DNA of 64,000 nucleotides from Negativicutes bacterium. GTDB taxonomy: Bacteria; Bacillota; Negativicutes; UBA1444. The DNA is taken from NCBI GenBank assembly GCA_963665275.2, contig CAXXIN010000007.1:288001-352000 (forward strand), given 5' to 3'. Shown piece after piece: positions 38,676 through 50,365 of this stretch (its first letter is position 1; each line of letters opens with the position of its first letter). The notes under the pieces are model-generated. The model searched no databases. It was not told the origin of the DNA and saw nothing but the letters and a program-made list of their open reading frames with translations. A program made the position numbers and the translations under genes.

Positions 38676-40445
38676 TTAATCACCACTGAACTGCAGATCT
38701 CTAGTCATCTTCTCAAGTGCATCGGTAGTTGCCCCAGCCGTCGAATCACCGATAGCGCCAGGCTGCAGATTGGCGCCGGCATTATTTTGCTCGATATTAA
38801 CCGTTTGGTGCACTGTGATCGGGCCCCGATTACTACCGCCACCGACCGCAGCCGGAGTGATTCCTCCAAAGTTTCCGCCTGCTCCCATTGCAAACCATCG
38901 CTGCAAGCCGTTTTCTACTTCGTTTAGCTTGGGAAGCAACCACCGGTCTATTGAGCTACAGATCGAAAGAATGAAGGCCTCTGCCACCCTTGAAAAACCC
39001 ATTAAGAACTTCAATGCCGACTCTATGGCCCCGGAAAAGTTACCATCAAACAGCTGACGCCATGAAGTAATGGCTTGTGCCATAATTTCCATGAGGCCCG
39101 TCGCCCACGAAAAAGATTTTGCCGCATACTGGCTTCCGGCGATGCCTAGAGGGCCGTCTTTTTCCGTATTACCCTTGTCACCTTCAAGGCCTCTTTCGTA
39201 GTATGGCTTTCCGGCGATGCCTAGAGGCTCTTTTTTCAAGCCCATGATGAGCATTGCTTCGTTATATGCGGAAACCGCTTTTTCTATGGAGACCGCAAAT
39301 TCTTTCATCGCTTCGGTGAGCGGACCAATCGTTGCATCCAATCGCCTTTTAAACTCATCCCATGGCCCCAGGAAGTCACCGATCACACTCTCGCCATCAT
39401 TCATCCATACATAAACATCTTCAAGCGCCAAACCTATCGCTGCAATCGCTGCGGCAATGGCGAGGAACTTCCACCCTATCGGCGACAGAAAAAAGAGCGT
39501 CAATGCCTCCTTCAGCAGTCCCAGTCCTTTTGCAATAGCCGCCCACTTGATAGCCACCAAGGCGGTACCGAATGCCGTGGCCAATATAGCCGCCGCCTTC
39601 ATCACATTTCCATACCCACCCACCTTTTTGGACAGCGCTTCAATCCTGTCGCCAATCCAGTCGGCCGACCGAACAATCCCGCCTGCAATGGCCTGGAAAA
39701 CGCTCGTTTCTTTGTTCAGGTTGAAGATCAATTTGCCAATCCGATTCATTGCATAGGTGACGGATTGTGCAATGGTCACCGGCATTTTCCCGAACTCTTT
39801 ATCCATCTTGGATTTCGCCTTCAGAATGGCCTTAAACACGCCTTCGGCTGTGAGTTCCCCCTGGGCTCCCATATCCTTCAGTTTGCCAATCGTCACGCCG
39901 TAATAGTCGGCGATGGCTTGGAATAACAGCGGCGCATTCTCAGATATTGATCGTAGTTCATCCCCTGCCAGCCGACCGGACGCCAGTGCTTGTCCAAGTT
40001 GTAGAATGGTTGCCTTCGCTTCGGTCGTACTCGCGCCACCAATGACGAGAGCCTTATTAACGGTTTCGGTGGCGTTAAGAACATCCTGCTGTGTGGCGCC
40101 CAACTCTTTTGAGTTGCGGGCCATTTTTACATACAGATCTGCTGTAGTGCCGTATTCTTGTCGCGTTTTCTGTGCAATCTCATAGACCTTTTCTTGCATC
40201 TCTGCCTGCTCAGCAGTGCTTTGCGTTACTAGGCCGATCCTGGAATACATATTGGTCCATTCATCGGCCGCTTGGATGATTTCACGAGCCCCCAGCACAA
40301 CACCAACAATGGCAGCCAGTTTGCCGAAAGTCCCGATAACAGAACTGGCACGTGATTTTAATTTCTCAAGTCCCTGATCGGCTTGGTTCAGTTTTGCTTG
40401 ATCGATGTTGAACCCAATCCCGATAACCAACTCTCGAATCATCAT
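38676..40445 (-). CDS. Phage tail tape measure protein (589 aa)
   Basis: Tape-measure domain ADEWTNMYSRI...QLGQALASGRLAGDELRSISENAP, Ala-rich helices, central hydrophobic segments, ALED...G.SVIG. Confidence 0.92.
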   Translation of the reverse strand: MMIRELVIGIGFNIDQAKLNQADQGLEKLKSRASSVIGTFGKLAAIVGVVLGAREIIQAADEWTNMYSRIGLVTQSTAEQAEMQEKVYEIAQKTRQEYGTTADLYVKMARNSKELGATQQDVLNATETVNKALVIGGASTTEAKATILQLGQALASGRLAGDELRSISENAPLLFQAIADYYGVTIGKLKDMGAQGELTAEGVFKAILKAKSKMDKEFGKMPVTIAQSVTYAMNRIGKLIFNLNKETSVFQAIAGGIVRSADWIGDRIEALSKKVGGYGNVMKAAAILATAFGTALVAIKWAAIAKGLGLLKEALTLFFLSPIGWKFLAIAAAIAAIGLALEDVYVWMNDGESVIGDFLGPWDEFKRRLDATIGPLTEAMKEFAVSIEKAVSAYNEAMLIMGLKKEPLGIAGKPYYERGLEGDKGNTEKDGPLGIAGSQYAAKSFSWATGLMEIMAQAITSWRQLFDGNFSGAIESALKFLMGFSRVAEAFILSICSSIDRWLLPKLNEVENGLQRWFAMGAGGNFGGITPAAVGGGSNRGPITVHQTVNIEQNNAGANLQPGAIGDSTAGATTDALEKMTRDLQFSGD

Positions 40446-40532
40446 CGACGGTTCACCCCTTTCTTCTTTCATACAGAAAACATCATTTCGCGTACACGCG
40501 CACACGTACGCGAGGGAAAAGGTCAACAAAAG

Positions 40533-40817
40533 TCAACTTATCTTCTTCACCTCCAGCTTCCGGACGATTGTCTGGAACATCTCCAATGCGGCCTCTCGAT
40601 GCTCTGAATCCGCCATGGCCGGAAGGTTTAGCACCACCGTCTTGCCTTGTCGAGGGTGTCCATCAGGCCCTCCCCACTCCGGCTTGCTGATCGACAACAT
40701 GCCTGCCTTTGGGTACCATTCCATGCGATTTTTCTCGCTAAAAAGCACAATTGGATGTTCTTCCTCCCAATAATTCGGGGACTTTTCTATCCGTTTTCCG
40801 TTTACTCGCATTGTCAT
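40533..40817 (-). CDS. Hypothetical protein
   Basis: ATGA overlap with the upstream ORF; globular beta-rich sequence. Confidence 0.65.
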   Translation of the reverse strand: MTMRVNGKRIEKSPNYWEEEHPIVLFSEKNRMEWYPKAGMLSISKPEWGGPDGHPRQGKTVVLNLPAMADSEHREAALEMFQTIVRKLEVKKIS

Positions 40818-41065
40818 TGCCTTCCGCTCCTTTTCCGCCGAATATCCCATTCTGCATTGGCCAAGGCTTTTATGATCTCTTCACCACTTGCGGCATTCAG
40901 CCATTCGGCTGGAATTATCAATATGGGGCCCGAGTCTTCCTGCAGGACGGGTTCATTAAATTTCGAGGTATCCATCAAGATTCTGCCGCCGTCCCTATAT
41001 ATTCGTCTGATGCAGACGGCTGCAATGTTTAGAATCCGTTCAAGTTCGTCTTGCTTAATTTTCAT
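40814..41065 (-). CDS. Hypothetical protein
   Basis: 83-aa ORF, RBS GAGGAGG. Confidence 0.65.
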   Translation of the reverse strand: MKIKQDELERILNIAAVCIRRIYRDGGRILMDTSKFNEPVLQEDSGPILIIPAEWLNAASGEEIIKALANAEWDIRRKRSGRQ

Positions 41066-41273
41066 CTGGTTCCCTCCTCAGTTAGCATTGTTAATCAATC
41101 TGGAATTGCTCCACACATATGTCCAATATGTCCGGAACCGGTGGCGCGAATCTATCAATCCAGAGGGCTCCTGTAGCTGTTACAGTCCTATTAGACTCCA
41201 TTACTACGGGTCGTCTTGCCCATCGCCTAGGATGCCTATTCCTTCTCCATTTCGTCACACTTCCATAATCTGA

Positions 41274-42023
41274 TCATGTCATGTCGATTTGCTTTGCATG
41301 GGCAATGCGTTTATTCCCCATCTGTTTGGATCGCTGAGATGGTCCCGAGAAATTAATCTGAATGCAACTATTGCGAAGACGATCGATCACGCGTTCGGAA
41401 TAGGCTTTTTTCAGTTCATCAGCTGTGAGGTTGGTAGTTATAATGATCGATTTTTCTTCATGCCATCGATCAGTGATTAATCCGTCGACCTTTCCCGCCA
41501 CCCATCTTTCTAACCCTTCGCCACCAAAATCGTCCATCAACAATAACGGCACAGATCGGAGACGTTCCTGGAATCGCGCATACTCTTCACGATTAGTTTT
41601 TGCCTGAGTTCCAAAAATATCCGGCAAGCCTGGCATTGACACAAACAGCCCGCCAATTCGCAATTCAATTGCAACCCGAATAACTGCAGTCGCAATTGTC
41701 GTTTTCAACGTGCCTGGTGTGCCGGCAAGAATCAGCCCCGTCCCTGCTTGAACATTAGAAATAATTTCATCGGCATAGGTTCGCGCTTGTTCAAACTGCG
41801 GCTCACTATTGGCGTTAATACCTCGCCGCTTTATTTCGTCAAAGGTAATTGACCAGAATCGTTTTGGAATCCTCGCCACCCTTAAGCGCTCCTCGAGGTC
41901 ACGCCGAGCAGCGCTTTGTTCTTCCGCCACCATTGATGCTAATTCTTCATCTGTCAGTTGTCGCCGGTTCCTCATCAAGCGATCAAACACCGTTCGAAGC
42001 TCCGGATCGATGTCGCCTTTCAT
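41274..42023 (-). CDS. DnaC/IstB-like helicase loader ATPase
   Basis: IPKRF, GLILAGTPGTLKT, LLMDDFG, IITTN, RVIDRL. Confidence 0.9.
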   Translation of the reverse strand: MKGDIDPELRTVFDRLMRNRRQLTDEELASMVAEEQSAARRDLEERLRVARIPKRFWSITFDEIKRRGINANSEPQFEQARTYADEIISNVQAGTGLILAGTPGTLKTTIATAVIRVAIELRIGGLFVSMPGLPDIFGTQAKTNREEYARFQERLRSVPLLLMDDFGGEGLERWVAGKVDGLITDRWHEEKSIIITTNLTADELKKAYSERVIDRLRNSCIQINFSGPSQRSKQMGNKRIAHAKQIDMT

Positions 42024-42041
42024 CTGTTCTTGCTCCTTTTT

Positions 42042-42800
42042 TCACAGCTCGTTATTTGTCCAGTCCTGTTCAGAAGGCCGATATCCTGGCTTTGCACTTC
42101 TGTTGGCATATGTCCCTTCCAATATTTTCACGGCATTTTTCATAACAAAATCGAAGTTTGCCACGAATGGCTTCTCTTGGATCCGACCACACAAAAAATC
42201 TGACGCCACCGCGGTCTTGAAAAGATCCTGAAACCAATCTATTGAGGAATGTTTCTTCCAATGTGCCTTTACCGCTCGCTGCCGTTTTGGGTCGACTTCA
42301 CGGATTGCCGGCATTGATCCACGATTTGAGTTCCAGCACTCCATGATTTCACCGAAGGGAATGACTGTTTCTTTAATTATTACATTCTTTAATTCTTGTT
42401 TAGGTACCGTCAGTGGTCCGCCATTGGTACCGGGTGCGGTCTCATTATCGGTATCATCAGCGGGCTCAACATCTTGCCCGGACGCATAATTTATAAGGGT
42501 TATGATGGTCCCGTCAGAGGTCTCATTTACTGAACACATTTCGTCATTTTTGAGCCTGAAAATGAAACGTCTGACTTTTCCACGGCTCCAGCCCCATTCT
42601 TCAGCCAAGTTGCGCGTAGATATTAGAGTTTGGCCTCTTTCAATTGTGACAAACCCTGATTTTGCCCGAATACGCCGTTGGGCATGATTCGCACGCAGCA
42701 GCAAATCAATCCAGGCTTGTCCATCAGAAAAGGGGCGTGACCAGAGCCAATGTTCGCGCAAAGTCCTATAAAGTTTGATCCAACCCTTTGAAGTATCCAT
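42042..42800 (-). CDS. Phage-type replication initiator
   Basis: GWIKLYR...W, LLLRANH, RGQ..IS...LAEEWGWS; C-terminal ANFDFVM...KILEG.Y. Confidence 0.85.
   Translation of the reverse strand: MDTSKGWIKLYRTLREHWLWSRPFSDGQAWIDLLLRANHAQRRIRAKSGFVTIERGQTLISTRNLAEEWGWSRGKVRRFIFRLKNDEMCSVNETSDGTIITLINYASGQDVEPADDTDNETAPGTNGGPLTVPKQELKNVIIKETVIPFGEIMECWNSNRGSMPAIREVDPKRQRAVKAHWKKHSSIDWFQDLFKTAVASDFLCGRIQEKPFVANFDFVMKNAVKILEGTYANRSAKPGYRPSEQDWTNNEL
42361..42470. other. Putative replication origin inside the initiator gene
   Basis: GGT-led units about every 12 bp (42403, 42415, 42426, 42438, 42450) beside an AT-rich tract with TTCTTTAATT twice. Confidence 0.5.
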
Positions 42801-42842
42801 AAATCAACCCCCGTCATAGTTACCAGGATTTCCAATCAGAGA

Positions 42843-43022
42843 CTACGCACCTCGCTGCCCTGGCTCTTCTGAAAGTTTTCTAAGGTACCATGCCGGAATC
42901 AAAATTCGATTCCCCATTCGAATAGTGGGAACCTCGCTTTCTGCCACTAATTTGTAGGCCAACGCTCGGCTGATCCCCGTTTTGTCCATAAACTCTTTGA
43001 CAGTGAAGAAGTCTTTCGTCAT
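42843..43022 (-). CDS. Small excisionase/AlpA-like HTH protein (59 aa, below ORF track cutoff)
   Basis: MTKDFFTVKEFMDKTGISRALAYKLVAESEVPTIRMGNRILIP, RBS AGGAGGTG. Confidence 0.85.
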   Translation of the reverse strand: MTKDFFTVKEFMDKTGISRALAYKLVAESEVPTIRMGNRILIPAWYLRKLSEEPGQRGA

Positions 43023-43105
43023 TATGTTTTCACCTCCTATATTTTTACAATAAAAAAGCCCTGGACATTTGTCCAGAGCGTTAGTAGAGCATGAAAGAAA
43101 ATGAA

Positions 43106-43693
43106 TTAGCGTCTAATTTGTTCTATCGTTGCAAAGTTTATTTTTTTCAGCACATCATAGGAATCTCGTGTTCTTTTACAAAGCCATAATTCATCAGTAT
43201 CATCAACATATTCGGCATCAGGATCCCGTGTTTTGGGGTGCCTGCCAAGGAATACCATGAAATAATCACCGTTGGCAGTAAGCGAAACAAGTCTTTCATC
43301 ATTCGGCACAACATCGTCTCCAAAAAACTCAAAAAAAGTCGCCATCCATTGAACCTTTTCACCTATAGAATGAAAAAGGTAAGCCTGGCAAAAAGCTTCA
43401 GACCATATGTTTGAAGGAGACCAAATGAATGAATTTAGCGGCTTACTTATCGATTGCGCCAATGATCGTTTAACCCATTCTGTGCTCGCTTGAATCTCGT
43501 GAAGCATGAACCAAACTGCGTACGCCTCATATAGTGCACGCTCAGGATAGTCCGAAACTCTTCCCTCCTTTCGCCCTCGGCTTGTAGTTGTTGGTTTGGC
43601 CACAAGCCCTTTTAACACGTAACGATCTAATGTTGAATAGGCAACCTTTGCTCCTAATTGTTTCAACCCGTCAAGAAGTTCGTTCTTTGTCAC
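43106..43693 (-). CDS. Hypothetical protein with MerR-like N-terminal HTH
   Basis: STLDRYVLKGLVAKP...GRKEGRVSDYP; probable GTG start at 43693. Confidence 0.55.
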   Translation of the reverse strand: MTKNELLDGLKQLGAKVAYSTLDRYVLKGLVAKPTTTSRGRKEGRVSDYPERALYEAYAVWFMLHEIQASTEWVKRSLAQSISKPLNSFIWSPSNIWSEAFCQAYLFHSIGEKVQWMATFFEFFGDDVVPNDERLVSLTANGDYFMVFLGRHPKTRDPDAEYVDDTDELWLCKRTRDSYDVLKKINFATIEQIRR

Positions 43694-44005
43694 GCCGCGC
43701 ACATCCTTTATTAGAAAGTTAGGGAATAATGCGCCAGGAAGATCCCTGCCTTTTTTGCAATAGCCTGGGCGCAGCATGTTTGCCCACTCGATCTGTCCTT
43801 TATATGCTCGCTTTGCATCAGCGTTCGTTATAGCTCCAACATAAAAACCCCCAGTATAATTTTTATAATCCTCACTATGTAATGATTATAAATCATCTTT
43901 CCCGATATATCAAGTTATCCACCGTATTTTTTTGTTTATGTCCCATAAAGTGTCCCATGGAAAAAAATAGGCTCCCCATCCGAAGATGAGAAGCCGTGTT
44001 TTACG

Positions 44006-44081
<76 letters not shown>

Positions 44082-44086
44082 GGAAT

Positions 44087-44161
44087 TGGTGACCCGTGGG
44101 GGAATCGAACCCCCGATACCGCCGTGAAAGGGCGGTGTCTTAACCGCTTGACCAACGGGCC
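44087..44161 (-). tRNA. tRNA-Glu(UUC)
   Basis: GGCCCGT acceptor stem, CCGCC-CT-TTC-AC-GGCGG, CCA. Confidence 0.96.
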
Positions 44162-44316
44162 CTGAATTGCTTTTTTATTATAAAGGACCTTAGCAGAAAA
44201 ATCAATGCCATATCGGCAAAACAACAAAATAAGTTTTTTTGAACCAACATGATATAATTATAATAATGGAAATAACCTTCGCAGTCATCAGTTTGGCATT
44301 AGTTATGGAAAGGAAG

Positions 44317-45435
44317 ATGATCATGGATATACGTACGCTTACCTTGGCTCAGAACTTGATTCGTTATTCCACCAACCTTCAACCCGGCGAGAAAATATTG
44401 ATTGAGATGTTCGACGACGCGCACCCCCTGGCTCAGGCGCTGGTGGACGAAGCATACCGCGCAGGCGGCGTTCCCTTTCTGTCGCTCAAGAACAACCAAC
44501 TGCAACGCAAACTATTATTGTGCGCATCCAAGGAACAAATGCAATCGATCGCCAGCTGGGAGTCGGCAAGAATGCGAGAAATGCAGGCATACCTTGGAAT
44601 TCGCGCCAGTCATAATATCAGCGAGCTCTCCGATGTTCCGCCGGAAAAGCTCAAACTTTATCAACAATATTGGTCCCAGCCCGTCCACTCAGAAATCCGA
44701 GTCAAAAATACCAAATGGTGCGTCCTTCGCTGGCCCAACCCCGCCATGGCTCAACTGGCCGGTATGAGCAGTGAAGCGTTTGAAGATTTTTATTATAATG
44801 TTTGCAACTTAGACTATGCCAAAATGGACAATGCCATGACCCCTTTGGTCCAACTCATGGAAAAAACCGACCGGGTTCGCATCATCGGACCGGATACCGA
44901 CCTCAACTTCTCCATCAAAGGCATCCCCGTGATTAAATGCTCCGGCCTCCGCAACATCCCGGACGGAGAAGTATATACCGCGCCAGTCCGCAACTCTGTG
45001 AATGGAACACTGACCTATAACACCCCTTCCATCTATCAGGGGACAACTTATGAGAATATACGCCTCACGTTTGAAAACGGACATATAACCAATTCCACCG
45101 CCAACCTGACTGATCGAATCACCGAAGTATTCAACACAGACGAGGGCGCGCGTTTTATCGGCGAATTTGCTCTCGGCGTCAATCCATTTATCACCACGCC
45201 AATGAAAGACACCCTGTTCGATGAGAAAATCCAGGGAAGTTTTCATTTCACGCCGGGTAATGCTTACGACGAAGCGGACAATGGAAATCGGTCGGCAATA
45301 CATTGGGATTTGGTTTGCATCCAGACTCCCGAATGGGGCGGCGGCGAAATCTGGTTTGATGACCAGTTGATCCGCAAAGATGGCCGTTTCGTAATGCCCG
45401 AATTGTTCGTTCTGAATCCAGAGAACCTCAAATAG
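44317..45435 (+). CDS. Aminopeptidase, M29 (AmpS/aminopeptidase II) family
   Basis: NIPDGEVYTAP, GEFALG, LFDEK, H.TPG.AY, SAIHWD. Confidence 0.93.
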   Translation: MIMDIRTLTLAQNLIRYSTNLQPGEKILIEMFDDAHPLAQALVDEAYRAGGVPFLSLKNNQLQRKLLLCASKEQMQSIASWESARMREMQAYLGIRASHNISELSDVPPEKLKLYQQYWSQPVHSEIRVKNTKWCVLRWPNPAMAQLAGMSSEAFEDFYYNVCNLDYAKMDNAMTPLVQLMEKTDRVRIIGPDTDLNFSIKGIPVIKCSGLRNIPDGEVYTAPVRNSVNGTLTYNTPSIYQGTTYENIRLTFENGHITNSTANLTDRITEVFNTDEGARFIGEFALGVNPFITTPMKDTLFDEKIQGSFHFTPGNAYDEADNGNRSAIHWDLVCIQTPEWGGGEIWFDDQLIRKDGRFVMPELFVLNPENLK

Positions 45436-45510
45436 TTATGAAAAAGGGGCGTCGTTACGACAGCCCCTTTCATTTTCTGATACTTACTGAAACTTAAGTT
45501 ATCCAGCTCA

Positions 45511-46344
45511 TCAGTCAATCAGTTTGCGGACAAAATTGGGCAAGGCAAAACAGCTTCGGTGCAAATCCTGATTATAATAACGGGTAGTAAACGGCAATTG
45601 CGCCGGTAGTGTCGCCGTCGTCGGATCATACTTCTTTGATCCCAGAGTGAAGCTGTGCAGCCCGCCCGGATAGAGGGGAATATTCGCCAGATACATCTTC
45701 GTCACCGGAAAAAAGTCGGCGATATCCTTATGAATCCGAGAAATCAGGGGCTGGTGATAAAACGGTGACTCGGTCTGTTGAACGAACAGTCCATCCGGTT
45801 TCAGTGCGCGGTGCACATCGTTAAAGAAGTCCCTGCTGAACAATCCCACACCGGGGCCGATTGGATCGGAGCAATCAACGATGATCACATCGTAAAAATT
45901 CTCAGCGGCCTTCATATAGGCGATTCCATCCCCAATTTCAAGCTTGAGTTTAGGATGGTTTTCAATCATGGCTGCGCTGATCTCCGGCAGATATTTCTTG
46001 CTGATATCCACCACCATACCATCAATTTCGACCATTTCAACAGTCTCAACCGCCTGATGTCGAACGATTTCACGGACGGCTCCGCCATCGCCCCCGCCGA
46101 TCACCAATACCTTTTGAGGATGGGGATGGGTGAAGAGCGGCACATGCGCGATCATCTCATGGTAGATGTACTCTTCAAAAATCGATGTTTGGAAAACCCC
46201 GTCCAGCACCAACATGCGGCCAAATTCGTAAGAATCGACTACTGAAACAGTTTGAAAGTCGGATTGACCCGAAAACAAGGTTTCTTTGATTCTACAGGTC
46301 ATCCCCAGGTTTTCCGTTTGCTTCTCAGTTAACCACAGTTCCAT
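45511..46344 (-). CDS. speE: Spermidine synthase
   Basis: LVLDG, YHEMIAHVP, VLVIGGGDGG, VEID, DVIIVD.SDP. Confidence 0.95.
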   Translation of the reverse strand: MELWLTEKQTENLGMTCRIKETLFSGQSDFQTVSVVDSYEFGRMLVLDGVFQTSIFEEYIYHEMIAHVPLFTHPHPQKVLVIGGGDGGAVREIVRHQAVETVEMVEIDGMVVDISKKYLPEISAAMIENHPKLKLEIGDGIAYMKAAENFYDVIIVDCSDPIGPGVGLFSRDFFNDVHRALKPDGLFVQQTESPFYHQPLISRIHKDIADFFPVTKMYLANIPLYPGGLHSFTLGSKKYDPTTATLPAQLPFTTRYYNQDLHRSCFALPNFVRKLID

Positions 46345-46346
46345 AG

Positions 46347-46997
46347 TTAGCCTCCTGCTTTGGCTCCGCATTCAGGACAAAATTTGGCGCCAGTCGCCAT
46401 TTTTCCACCACATTGGGAGCAAAAAGCCATTTGTTTTATTTTCGCGCCGCATTCAGGACAAAATTTGGCATTACTGACCAACGGCGCCTCGCATTGTGGA
46501 CAACTTGCCCGAATCCCTTCTCGCCAGTCCTCTTCAGCCAAGTGCTTGTCTTCTTCAGCCATTTGAGCATGAGCCCAAACTTCCTCCACAGATTTGCTCG
46601 CCTGGGCCGCAGCCATTTCCACACCCAAATCCGGCGCGCATTCTTTGCACAAGCCTTTTTTGGTGTTCCAACAACTTTTACGGCACACCCATGCCGAACA
46701 CCGAGGGCACTGAATGAAATCGGGGCGTAATTCTTCTATAGCCCCAATGAAAGCTTCGTCATGAGCCTTCTCCCATCCGGCAGAGCGAACTCGTTCACTG
46801 ACATTTGCAGCCTGTCCGAACAGTCCGCCAAACAGGCTTCCTGCCGTTTCCAGTGCATCTGTCACCAGACCTGTTGCCGAAGATTGAAACCTCGTCCGAT
46901 ATCCGGTACCGCATCGATCACAACAGAATTCAAACTGAAACCCTTTACTGGTACTATGATCATTGTAATTCCTGGTAAATTGGAAATGGTCGCTCAC
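46347..46997 (-). CDS. Multi-zinc-ribbon protein
   Basis: Eight CxxC/CxxxC pairs, duplicated AKFCPECGAK. Confidence 0.85.
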   Translation of the reverse strand: MSDHFQFTRNYNDHSTSKGFQFEFCCDRCGTGYRTRFQSSATGLVTDALETAGSLFGGLFGQAANVSERVRSAGWEKAHDEAFIGAIEELRPDFIQCPRCSAWVCRKSCWNTKKGLCKECAPDLGVEMAAAQASKSVEEVWAHAQMAEEDKHLAEEDWREGIRASCPQCEAPLVSNAKFCPECGAKIKQMAFCSQCGGKMATGAKFCPECGAKAGG

Positions 46998-47170
46998 CCG
47001 ATGCAGCTCCTTTCATCTTTCAAGTTCACTTTTTATCTTCGTCGCATTCCCTGCAGAATCCTGCTGAAAAATCCACTATTGCAGAATCACTACCGGGGGC
47101 AAGCGATTGTTAATTTTTCGTTATAATTGTCCCAGATCTATCCACCTTTGTCCAATTGCTATAGGATGAT

Positions 47171-47261
47171 GCAGGAATCAAGAGGAAAATGGTGAATAGA
47201 AAACTATGAAAACAGTTTCATTTTTCCCAAAACAGGAGGAACCCAGACAACTTCGTCGAAT
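47171..47261 (+). promoter_or_regulatory. Two tandem SigH-like promoters and a cre/LacI-like palindrome upstream of gap
   Basis: GCAGGA-N17-GAAT (47171-47197), AGGA-N17-GAAT (47237-47261), TGAAAACAGTTTCA (47207-47220). Confidence 0.5.
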
Positions 47262-47305
47262 CCTATACCTCTGTAGACAATTTGTCAGACAAGAATAAAA
47301 ATTGA

Positions 47306-48328
<1,023 letters not shown>

Positions 48329-48364
48329 AAAAACTATACTGGTTCTATAGAGGAGGAATTGACC

Positions 48365-49550
48365 GTGAACAAAAAAAACGGTCCGCGATGTCGATTTTAA
48401 GGGCAAACGCGTTTTTGTGCGCGTCGATTACAATGTGCCGATGGACAAGGCGGGAAAAATCACGGATGATACCCGGATGCGCGCCACCCTGCCGACCTTG
48501 AACTACTTGCTCGATCAAGGGACTTCACTTGTACTGGCAGCCCATCTCGGTCGCCCAAAGGGCGGTCCGTCGCCGGAACTTTCGCTTGCGCCGGTGGCTG
48601 CCAGTCTTACTTTGCTGCTGGGCCGCAAAGTAAAATTCGCCGCCGACTGTGTCGGGCCTTTAGCAGAGACTGCTGCTGCCGCACTGCAGCCAGGGGAAGT
48701 ATTGATGCTCGAAAACCTCCGCTTCCATCCGGAAGAAGAGAAGAACGATCCTGTGTTTGCCAAAGGACTGGCCGCCCTGGCCGATGTCGCGGTCAACGAT
48801 GCCTTCGGGGTCTCTCATCGGGCGCATGCTTCGGTGGAAGGCATCACGAAATTCTTACCGATGGTCGCCGGCTTCCTGATGGAAAAAGAGCTCGATTTCC
48901 TCGGCCGCGCCGTTACCAACCCCGAACGCCCCTATGCCGCGATTATCGGCGGCGCAAAAGTATCGGATAAAATCGGTGTAATCGCCAATCTGCTGACCAA
49001 AGTCGATGTCCTCCTGATCGGCGGCGGTATGGCCAATACCTTCTTTGCGGCCCAAGGATATGACGTCGGCAAATCCTTGATAGAACCCGATAAAATTGCT
49101 CTGGCGAAAGAACTGATCACGCAAGCGAAGGAGCTCGGTGTCAAGCTCCTGCTGCCAACCGATGTTGTCGTAGCCGACAAGTTTGCTGCCGATGCCGCCT
49201 GCCGCGTGACTTCAGTCGATACGATCGGCCCGGAAGAAATGGCATTGGATATCGGTCCCGCTACCAGCGTTGCGTTCCGCACTGCACTAGACGGAGCCAA
49301 AACAATTGTCTGGAACGGACCGATGGGCGTGTTTGAAATGGATGCATTCGCCAAAGGCACCGAAGCCGTTGCTCTGGCAGTAGCCAACTCCGATGCCGTC
49401 AGCATCGTGGGCGGTGGCGATTCGGTCGCCGCACTGGAAAAGATCGGACTAGCGGGTTCTATTACCCATATTTCCACAGGCGGCGGCGCTTCGCTGGAAT
49501 TCCTGGAAGGGAAAATACTGCCAGGCGTAGCTGCACTCTCAGACAAATAA
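48365..49550 (+). CDS. pgk: Phosphoglycerate kinase (one extra A in the run at 48371-48378)
   Basis: [36 protein letters not shown]; true start GTG 48365 is one base out of frame. Confidence 0.95.
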
Positions 49551-49559
49551 GAACAGGAA

Positions 49560-50339
49560 GTGACGAAACCCTTGAGTAATAAAAGAATTCCGGTCATAGC
49601 CGGTAATTGGAAAATGTACAAAACCATTCCCGAAGCCATCGCTTTGGTTCAAGAACTCTCCGGAGCTGTCGCAGGCGCCATCGATCGCGAAATCGTTATC
49701 TGCCCTCCTTTCACCGCTTTGGCTGCTGTCAAACCTGCACTTGCAGGTACGAATATCAAGCTGGGCGCGCAAAATCTAAACTGGGATCCCCAAGGGGCCT
49801 TTACTGGTGAAATTTCCGCTCCCATGCTGAAGGATGTCGGCTGTGACTATGTTATTATCGGCCACTCTGAAAGGCGCCAGTATTTTGCTGAAACAGATGA
49901 AAACGTCAACCGCAAGTTAAAGGCCGCCCTGGCCGCCGACCTGATCCCTATCGTCTGCGTTGGCGAGTCACTCTCCGAACGCGAAGCAGGCATCACCTCC
50001 AGCGTGGTCAGCCGCCAGGTGAAACTCGGGCTGGCCGGGCTGTCGCCTGACGAAGCCAAAACCATTATCATCGCTTACGAACCCATCTGGGCAATCGGAA
50101 CCGGGCGGACCGCCACGGCTGAAGATGCCAATGCGATGTGCGCTTTTATCCGCCTGACGGTGACCGGCATGTTCGGAACCCCGGTTGCGGACGCCATGCG
50201 CATCCAATATGGCGGCAGCGTGAAACCGGATAACGTTGACGAATTAATGTCAACGTCCGACATCGACGGCGCACTGGTTGGCGGAGCCAGCCTCAAAGCT
50301 GCAGACTTCGCCCGCATCGTCAACTTCACTGCGAAGTAA
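49560..50339 (+). CDS. tpiA: Triosephosphate isomerase
   Basis: [28 protein letters not shown]. Confidence 0.98.
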   Translation: MTKPLSNKRIPVIAGNWKMYKTIPEAIALVQELSGAVAGAIDREIVICPPFTALAAVKPALAGTNIKLGAQNLNWDPQGAFTGEISAPMLKDVGCDYVIIGHSERRQYFAETDENVNRKLKAALAADLIPIVCVGESLSEREAGITSSVVSRQVKLGLAGLSPDEAKTIIIAYEPIWAIGTGRTATAEDANAMCAFIRLTVTGMFGTPVADAMRIQYGGSVKPDNVDELMSTSDIDGALVGGASLKAADFARIVNFTAK

Positions 50340-50365
50340 CTCACAATCAAGAGGAGAATGAAATT

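Noticed and set aside
40533-41065. Two ORFs before the TMP as frameshifting tail assembly chaperones
   Set aside because: They join by an ordinary ATGA overlap and I see no clear slippery heptamer or chaperone motif; an HMM search is needed to exclude it fully.
41274-42023. IstB-like ATPase as a second IS21
   Set aside because: No istA or inverted repeats; it follows a replication initiator, so it is a helicase loader.
48365-48380. A8 run putting the pgk start out of frame, as possible programmed slippage or phase variation
   Set aside because: pgk is a core gene and similar indels hit hppA, ppaC, lutC-like and the zinc-ribbon gene; homopolymer sequencing error is more parsimonious. Read mapping would decide.
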